Shown here in pieces: positions 58,185 through 64,000 of a DNA stretch of 64,000 nucleotides; within the stretch, counting starts at the first letter, position 1, and every line of letters begins with the position of its first letter. This DNA comes from Candidatus Eiseniibacteriota bacterium. GTDB taxonomy: Bacteria > Eisenbacteria > RBG-16-71-46. Below the pieces are notes generated by a model, which searched no databases, was not told the DNA's origin, and saw only the letters and a program-made list of their open reading frames with translations. The position numbers and the translations under genes were made by a program. The stretch spans positions 9,032 to 73,031 of the forward strand of contig DASSIN010000066.1 in NCBI GenBank assembly GCA_035691845.1. Direction: 5' to 3'.

Positions 58185-60578
58185 TCAGCCGGAGATCGGC
58201 CGCAGCTCGCTCGCCGCCGGCAGGCCGGATTCGATCTTCACCTCGCGGAACAGCGCGTGGACGGAGGGATCGAGCATCGGCGCCTCGAGCGGCCACACCA
58301 GTGTGGCGTCCCGGCGGCGCGGCGCGAAGCGATCGAGATCCAGGATCGGGTGCAGCGCCGGCGTCAGGCGCGCGAGCGTCGGCGACAGCGCGTACAGCAG
58401 GCGGACGTTCACGATCTCGACCGCGACGTCGAGCTCTCCGATCCGCACCGCGGCCTCGGCCATCATCAGCAGGCCGATCGATCCGATGCCAGTCCGCTCG
58501 CGCAGCTCGTGCACGATCCGGCGCGCCTCCTCCGCGTGCCCGGCGCGCGCGGCCAGCAACGCGTCGATGGCGCGCAGGTCGTCGGGGCGGGCGTGGTCGG
58601 CCGCGCCTTCGCGGCGCGAGCGCTCGGCGGCGGGAAGGTCGCCCCGTCGCAGCGCGAGCCAGGCGCGATCCAGGTGCACTCCCGTCACGTAGAACGGGTT
58701 GTCGGTCGCGCGGCGCACGCGATCGAGCAGCGCCAGCGCCTCGTCCTCGCGGCGGGTGCCCTGCGCGATCAGGATCACCCAGAACATCGCGAAGCAGTCC
58801 AGGGGATCGATGTCGAGCGCACGCCGCGCGTAACGCTCGCCGGCCGCCAGATCGGCGTCCTCCACCTCGAGCACGACCAGATTGAGCAACGCGGGCGAGA
58901 AGCGCGCGTCGGATTCGAGCGCGCGGAGCAGCGCCGCCCGGGTGCCGGCGATGTCGCCCATGAAGTGCAGGCTGAGCGCCAGCGCCTTGTGACCCTCGGG
59001 CAAGCGCGGATTCAGCGACAGCGCGTGGCGTGCGGCCTCGAGCCCGAGCCGGGTGAGCTCGTCGATGCTCGTGGCCCGGCTCCACTGGCACAGCTGTCCG
59101 TAGCAGTCGGCGATCCCCGCCCACGCCAGCGCGTAGCTCGGATCCACCTGGGTCGCCGCGCGGAACTTATCCAGCGCCTCGTTCAAGGACGCCTCGGTGT
59201 ACTGCCCGTACAGCTCGCGACCCTTGAGGTACAGGTCGTAGGCGCGCACGTCGCGCGGGCGATCCTCGGCCATCCTGGCCACGTCGGCCGGCGACAGCGC
59301 CACGCGCAGGGCTTCGGCGATCGAGGACGCGATCTCCCCCTGCACCGCGAACACGTCGTCCATGGTGCGGTCGTAGCGCTCGGCCCACAGCTGGAAGCCG
59401 TCGCCGGCGTTCACGAGCTGCGCGGTGATGCGCACGCGCCCGCCGGCGCGTCGCACGCTGCCCTCCAGCACCGAACCCACGCCCAGCTCCGCCGCGACCC
59501 GGGGCAGATCGGCGGGCTGACCGCGATAGCGCTGGACGGCATTGCGCGACGCGACGCGCAGCCCCTTGATCTTGGACAGATCGGTGAGGATGTCCTCGGT
59601 GATGCCGGAGCAGAAGTAGTCGCTGTCGGGATCGTTGCCGATGTTCTCGAAGTACAGCACCGCCAGCGACGGCTTCGCGGGCGCGGCGGCCGCGACGACG
59701 CCGGACGGCGACGACAGCTCGAGCTCGAGCGCGTGCAGCTCGCGCCCGATGTCGCCCACGTCGCGCGGGCGATCCTCGGCGGTCTTGGTGAGACAGCGCC
59801 GCAGCACGTCGCGCAGCCGCGGCGGCGTGGTCGGCGGCAGCGCGTTCCAGTCCGGCTCGCGCTCCAGGATCCTGGCGATGGTGTCGGACACGGTCTCCCC
59901 GGCGAACACCGGGCGGGCGGTCAGGCACTCGAACAGGATGCAGCCGAACGCCCACACGTCGGAGCGCCGATCCAGCTGCTTCCCGCGCGCCTGCTCGGGG
60001 CTCATGTAGGCGGCGGTGCCGAGGATGATGCCGGCGCCGGTGGCCGACAGCGCCATCGTCGGCGAGGCCGACAGGTCGGAGGACGAGCCCGCGGCCTCGA
60101 TCCCCCCCTTCGCCAGCCCGAAGTCCAGCACCTTGACGCGACCCGAGGGCATCAGCATCACGTTCCCGGGCTTCAGATCGCGGTGCACGATGTCGCGCTC
60201 GTGCGCCGCCGAGATCGCGGCCGCCATCTGCGCGCCCACCTCGAGCGCATCCTGCAGGGGCAGCGGGCCGCGCGCGAGGCGCTGCGCCAGCGTCTCGCCT
60301 GGGACCAGCTCCATAACCAGGAACGGCGCGCCGTCGGCGTCCTCGAGCCCGTAGAGGATCGCGATGCCGGGATGGTTGAGCGACGCCAGCAGGCGGGCCT
60401 CGCGCTCGAAGCGCGCGAGCCGCTCCGGGTGCTGCGCGAACGCCGCCGGCAGGCCCTTGATCGCCACCTCGCGCCCGAGCCGCGTGTCGCGCGCGCGGTA
60501 CACCTCGCCCATTCCCCCGGCGCCGAGCGGCGCGAGAATCTCGTACGGCCCGAGCAGGGTTCCCGAGTCGAGCGGCAT
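58185..60578 (-). CDS. Ser/Thr protein kinase with C-terminal TolB-N-like / TPR-repeat region (cytoplasmic-type sensor)
   Basis: [49 protein letters not shown]; C-terminal PSLAVLYFENIGNDPDSDYFCSGITEDI (TolB-N-like) followed by TPR-like helical repeats. Confidence 0.85.
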   Translation of the reverse strand: MPLDSGTLLGPYEILAPLGAGGMGEVYRARDTRLGREVAIKGLPAAFAQHPERLARFEREARLLASLNHPGIAILYGLEDADGAPFLVMELVPGETLAQRLARGPLPLQDALEVGAQMAAAISAAHERDIVHRDLKPGNVMLMPSGRVKVLDFGLAKGGIEAAGSSSDLSASPTMALSATGAGIILGTAAYMSPEQARGKQLDRRSDVWAFGCILFECLTARPVFAGETVSDTIARILEREPDWNALPPTTPPRLRDVLRRCLTKTAEDRPRDVGDIGRELHALELELSSPSGVVAAAAPAKPSLAVLYFENIGNDPDSDYFCSGITEDILTDLSKIKGLRVASRNAVQRYRGQPADLPRVAAELGVGSVLEGSVRRAGGRVRITAQLVNAGDGFQLWAERYDRTMDDVFAVQGEIASSIAEALRVALSPADVARMAEDRPRDVRAYDLYLKGRELYGQYTEASLNEALDKFRAATQVDPSYALAWAGIADCYGQLCQWSRATSIDELTRLGLEAARHALSLNPRLPEGHKALALSLHFMGDIAGTRAALLRALESDARFSPALLNLVVLEVEDADLAAGERYARRALDIDPLDCFAMFWVILIAQGTRREDEALALLDRVRRATDNPFYVTGVHLDRAWLALRRGDLPAAERSRREGAADHARPDDLRAIDALLAARAGHAEEARRIVHELRERTGIGSIGLLMMAEAAVRIGELDVAVEIVNVRLLYALSPTLARLTPALHPILDLDRFAPRRRDATLVWPLEAPMLDPSVHALFREVKIESGLPAASELRPISG

Positions 60579-60690
60579 CGGTCGAATGTACCACGGACGT
60601 TGCGGGCGGCAGCCCGCGCCTGGGCCGTCCGTGACTGCCATTGTGGCGGCCGGCGGGACGCCCGAGCGCCAGGTGCTACCCTCCGACCCC

Positions 60691-61578
60691 GTGCGGATCG
60701 CGACCTGGAACGTGAACTCGCTGAAGGCGCGGCTCGAGCGGGTGATGGGCTGGCTCGAGCGCGCCCGGCCCGACGTGCTGCTGATGCAGGAGACGAAGCT
60801 CGCCGACCCGGACGCGCCGGTCGAGGCGTTCCGGCACGCGGGCTATGCGCTCGCCCACCATGGCGAGGGGCGCTGGAACGGCGTCGCGATCGCCAGCCGC
60901 TGCGGGCTCGAGCACGTGGTGACCCACTTCGGCGAGACGCTGCGGCCGGCACGCACCGCGGACGCGGGCGACGACGAACCGCTGGCCGAGGCCCGGATGA
61001 TGGCAGCCACCTGCGGCGGCGTGCGCGTGGTGAGCGTGTACGCGCCCAACGGCCGGATGGTGGGGTCGCCGTTCTACGAGGCCAAGCTCCTCTGGTACCG
61101 ACGCCTGCTGCGCTGGCTCGAGGACGCCGCGCGGCCGGACGAGCCACTGGCGATCGGCGGCGACTTCAACGTGGCGCCGGACGACGCGGACGTGTGGGAC
61201 CCGAAGCTCGCGCACGGCGGCACGCACGTGTCGCCGCGTGAGCGCGAGGCGCTGGCCGCACTGCATGCGTGGGGGCTGGTGGACGCCTACCGGCTGCGGC
61301 ACCAGGAGTCGGGCCGCTATACGTGGTGGGACTACCGCGCCGGAAACTTCCACATGAACATGGGGATGCGCATCGATCACCTGCTCGTCACCCGCGCGCT
61401 CGCGCAACGCGTGGTATGGGCCGAGATCGACCGCGAGGCGCGCAAGGGCAAGCCGACGCCGTCGGACCACGCGCCGCTGGTGCTCGATCTCGATCGGCCG
61501 GGCGCGGCGTTCGACGCCGGCTGGGCCGGCGCCGACGAGCGGTTCGCCGCGCGCCGCACGAAGACGCGCCGGACATGA
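60691..61578 (+). CDS. xthA: Exodeoxyribonuclease III (AP endonuclease, XthA)
   Basis: VRIATWNVNSLKARLERV start (GTG 60691), LLMQETK, GGDFNVAPDDADVWD, SDHAPLVLDL catalytic motifs. Confidence 0.85.
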   Translation: MRIATWNVNSLKARLERVMGWLERARPDVLLMQETKLADPDAPVEAFRHAGYALAHHGEGRWNGVAIASRCGLEHVVTHFGETLRPARTADAGDDEPLAEARMMAATCGGVRVVSVYAPNGRMVGSPFYEAKLLWYRRLLRWLEDAARPDEPLAIGGDFNVAPDDADVWDPKLAHGGTHVSPREREALAALHAWGLVDAYRLRHQESGRYTWWDYRAGNFHMNMGMRIDHLLVTRALAQRVVWAEIDREARKGKPTPSDHAPLVLDLDRPGAAFDAGWAGADERFAARRTKTRRT

Positions 61579-61585
61579 GCGAAAC

Positions 61586-61614
61586 GGCGCCGCCGGCTGC
61601 ATGCCGGCGGCGCC
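61586..61614. terminator. Perfect 12-bp GC stem / 5-nt loop hairpin (GGCGCCGCCGGC-TGCAT-GCCGGCGGCGCC) between convergent xthA and DUF4382 genes: candidate bidirectional terminator
   Basis: read directly; 8 nt after xthA stop and 27 nt after the minus-strand gene stop. Confidence 0.55.
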
Positions 61615-61640
61615 GCCCGCTGCGCTGCGTGCGCGGGGTG

Positions 61641-62462
61641 CTAGTCGATGATCTGCGTTCCGCCCCCGTCGCCACTGCCCGCGCTGAAGTCGATCACGCC
61701 GAGGCTCGTGGTCGAGCCCGCGGTGACGATCACGCCCGGGAAGCTGCGATCGCCGGCGGCGCCGTGCACCACCACGTCGTAGGTCCCGGCCGGCAGCACG
61801 CTCGCCACGAACACGCCGCTCGCGCCCGGCACCACGCTCGTGATCGTCGTGCCGTTCCGCAGCACGTCCACGCCGCTGACCCAGCCCGGCGGCGCCACCG
61901 TGCCCGAGATCGCCCCGGCATCGGCCGCGGCGAGCCCGCGCAGCACGGGACGCAGGAACCAGCTGCCGCCTCCGTTCTGCTGCAGCGACTGGCCGGCGTC
62001 GAAGTCGAGCTGCAGCGCCAGCACGCCGCCCGCGGGCACCGAGAAGCTGCCCTGCAGCTTGAGTCCCGACTCCGCTCCGCTCGGCACGGTGAGCGGGCTC
62101 GTCACGCCGTCCACGGTGATCGTGTTGTCGTTGCCGAGCACGAGCCGCAGGCCGTCGTAGCTGCCCGATGACACCGAGCCGTTGGCCAGCGCGAGGAACG
62201 CCCCGTTCTGGAGCGAGAGCAGGTCCACGGCCTGGGGCGTCGCGTTCAGCACGTCCCAGCCGAGGTTGTCGGCCGCGCCGGCATGGTGGGCCAGCACCGA
62301 CACGACGTCCACGTTCACGGCCTGCACGGCGGCGGGCGCGTCGGTCATCAGCACCCTGAACTGCCCCACCGACGCGCTCGGGGATGTCGGCGCGGGCGTC
62401 TTGCCGCCGCATCCGTACAGCGCCGCGATGGCGATGACGGCAGGAATGAGCAGCTTGCGCAT
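61641..62462 (-). CDS. DUF4382-domain lipoprotein
   Basis: MRKLLIPAVIAIAALYGCGG lipoprotein signal; GGAGGA RBS; FRVLMTDAP...VNVDVVSV pattern typical of DUF4382. Confidence 0.7.
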   Translation of the reverse strand: MRKLLIPAVIAIAALYGCGGKTPAPTSPSASVGQFRVLMTDAPAAVQAVNVDVVSVLAHHAGAADNLGWDVLNATPQAVDLLSLQNGAFLALANGSVSSGSYDGLRLVLGNDNTITVDGVTSPLTVPSGAESGLKLQGSFSVPAGGVLALQLDFDAGQSLQQNGGGSWFLRPVLRGLAAADAGAISGTVAPPGWVSGVDVLRNGTTITSVVPGASGVFVASVLPAGTYDVVVHGAAGDRSFPGVIVTAGSTTSLGVIDFSAGSGDGGGTQIID

Positions 62463-62770
62463 GAGATCCTCCAGCGGGTTTCGGCTGCGAACTGATCCGC
62501 CCGGGGGATTCGCAAGCTCCATTCCAACGCGCAACGCCGTGCGCCGCCTCACCCGTTGAGATTCCGCGGCTTGCACGACGCACGCCGGGGCGGCCCCGGC
62601 CGTGCGGAATCGAACGGGCCGGGCGGGGCATGGTCCAAAGGCACCAGTCGCGACGGTCCCTGTGGCCACTTTCCGCCCGCCGTTGGGGGGCGCAGGATCC
62701 GGAGCGTGTCATCCCACCGGCCCGAATCGCGGGCCGGGATCGCGGACCGTCCCCCACGAGAGGCCATCCC

Positions 62771-64000
62771 ATGCATCGCCCGACCAGGGCCCACGGGGCG
62801 TCTGCACGCGCGCTCGGGCATCGAGCGGGCGCACGCGCGCCGCAGCTCGCGACGTTCGCGGCGCTCGCGCTCGCGCTGACGTGTGGAAATGTGACGCGCG
62901 CCCACGCGCAACAGATCCCGCTCGATCCCAAGAGCATTCCGCAGTTCGTCGAGCCGTTGCCGATACCCTCGGTGTTGAACGGCACGACGACGACGCCGGG
63001 CTCGCCGCTCGTCGTCACCATGAGCGAATTCCAGCAGAAGCTGCTGCCGGATGCGTTCTACGCCGGACTCGCGGCGCCGTACGACGCCGGCAGTTACGTG
63101 TGGGGCTACAACCACAGCTATCCGGGCCCCACGATCGTCGCCACGCGCAACGTGCCGACGCACGTGCGGTACGTGAACGATCTCTACAACCCGGCGGGCG
63201 GGCCGCTGTACCTGCAGGCCACGGTGCCGGTGGATCAGACCATCCACTGGGCGGATCCGCTCGGCACGGGCATGAGCTTCGAGCGCTACCTGGGTCCGGT
63301 GCCGGCGGTCGTGCATCTGCACGGCGGCGAGGTGCCATCCGCGTTCGACGGTGGACCCGATGCGTGGTGGACGCCGGGGTTCGCGTACCACGGGCCGGGT
63401 TTCGTGACCGACACCTACACCTATCCCAACGCCCAGCAGGGCGCCTCGATGTTCTATCACGATCACGCGCTCGGCATGACGCGGCTGAACGTCTACTCCG
63501 GCCTGGCCGGGTTCTACATCCTGCTCGACCCCTCGATCGAGCCGGCCCAGCTGCCCGGCGGAGCGGCCGACACGCCGCAGGACCAGTACGGGCATTCGTA
63601 CCGGATCGGGCTCGCGCTGCAGGACCGTGTGTTCGACACGAACGGCCAGCTCCTGTTCCCGAGCGACAGCGACAACCCGGACGTGCATCCCTACTGGACG
63701 CCCGAATTCTTCGGCGACGTCATGCTCGTGAACGGAAGATCGTGGCCATACCTGCGGGTGGAGCCGCGGCGCTATCGCTTCGAGTTCCTGGACGGCTCCA
63801 ACGCGCGGTTCTACGAGCTGCGGTTGATGAACCAGGCCACCGGGCGGCCGGGCCCGGCGTTCTGGCAGACGGGCGGCGACCAGGGGCTGCTGGACGCGGC
63901 GGTGAAGCTGAACGATCCGGTCGTGTCCAAGTCGCCGCGGCTGCTGTTCGCGCCGGGCGAGCGCTGCGACGTGGTGATCGACTTCTCCGGGTTCGCCGGG
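62771..64000 (+). CDS. Multicopper oxidase (CotA/bilirubin-oxidase-like), 3'-truncated by window end
   Basis: Open frame from ATG 62771 to 64000 (410 codons, no stop; not listed in the ORF track); Tat/Sec-like leader; copper-ligand motifs HWADP, HLHGGEV, MFYHDHALGMT. Confidence 0.8.
   Translation, partial: MHRPTRAHGASARALGHRAGARAPQLATFAALALALTCGNVTRAHAQQIPLDPKSIPQFVEPLPIPSVLNGTTTTPGSPLVVTMSEFQQKLLPDAFYAGLAAPYDAGSYVWGYNHSYPGPTIVATRNVPTHVRYVNDLYNPAGGPLYLQATVPVDQTIHWADPLGTGMSFERYLGPVPAVVHLHGGEVPSAFDGGPDAWWTPGFAYHGPGFVTDTYTYPNAQQGASMFYHDHALGMTRLNVYSGLAGFYILLDPSIEPAQLPGGAADTPQDQYGHSYRIGLALQDRVFDTNGQLLFPSDSDNPDVHPYWTPEFFGDVMLVNGRSWPYLRVEPRRYRFEFLDGSNARFYELRLMNQATGRPGPAFWQTGGDQGLLDAAVKLNDPVVSKSPRLLFAPGERCDVVIDFSGFAG

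Noticed and set aside
57353-59124. ORF 57353..57994 and the 562-aa extension of 57436..59124
   Set aside because: Arg-rich out-of-frame overlap with the kinase C-terminus; only the DUF4386-homologous part is credible
58257-63688. Antisense ORFs 58257..61241(+), 60676..63021(-), 62549..63688(-)
   Set aside because: Opposite to well-supported kinase, xthA, DUF4382 and multicopper oxidase genes; low-complexity translations

Overview
This 64-kb window is about 70% GC and almost entirely coding. It looks chromosomal, from a Gram-negative bacterium; the gene content (many T9SS-type C-terminal sorting domains, PD40 propeller-linked Ser/Thr kinases, delta-60/FG-GAP giant secreted proteins) is reminiscent of Gemmatimonadota, but taxonomy is inferred from gene content only. 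I saw no rRNA, tRNA, CRISPR array, transposase or integrase.

Main contents:
- A 3' fragment of an NRAMP transporter, then a giant tandem-repeat surface protein.
- A tandem YciI-like pair translationally coupled (GTGA) to a DUF6596-type ECF sigma factor, then DoxX.
- A six-gene, translationally coupled chromate-resistance-type operon: split chrB, YVTN propeller, LppY/LpqO(DUF1259), YVTN propeller, chrA.
- Divergent from chrB across an AT-rich palindrome, a His-tailed EamA transporter and a FAD monooxygenase.
- A metal-handling block: a His/Met-rich outer-membrane protein coupled to a diheme cytochrome c, small His- and Cys-rich secreted proteins, and a TRASH-domain CopA.
- Three eukaryotic-type Ser/Thr kinases with periplasmic beta-propeller or TPR sensors.
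- Five giant secreted proteins sharing a T9SS/FlgD-Ig-like C-terminal domain.
- An ArsR-SRPBCC-DUF1801 triad.
- A TsdA-like cytochrome c with a secreted DsrE-like protein.
- Housekeeping genes (dinB, xthA, SDRs, AKR, M28 peptidase) and a 3'-truncated multicopper oxidase at the end.

High GC produces many long antisense or out-of-frame ORFs in the six-frame track; I rejected these. Most gene starts were re-derived from signal peptides, RBS motifs and 4-nt start/stop overlaps rather than taken as the maximal ORF.
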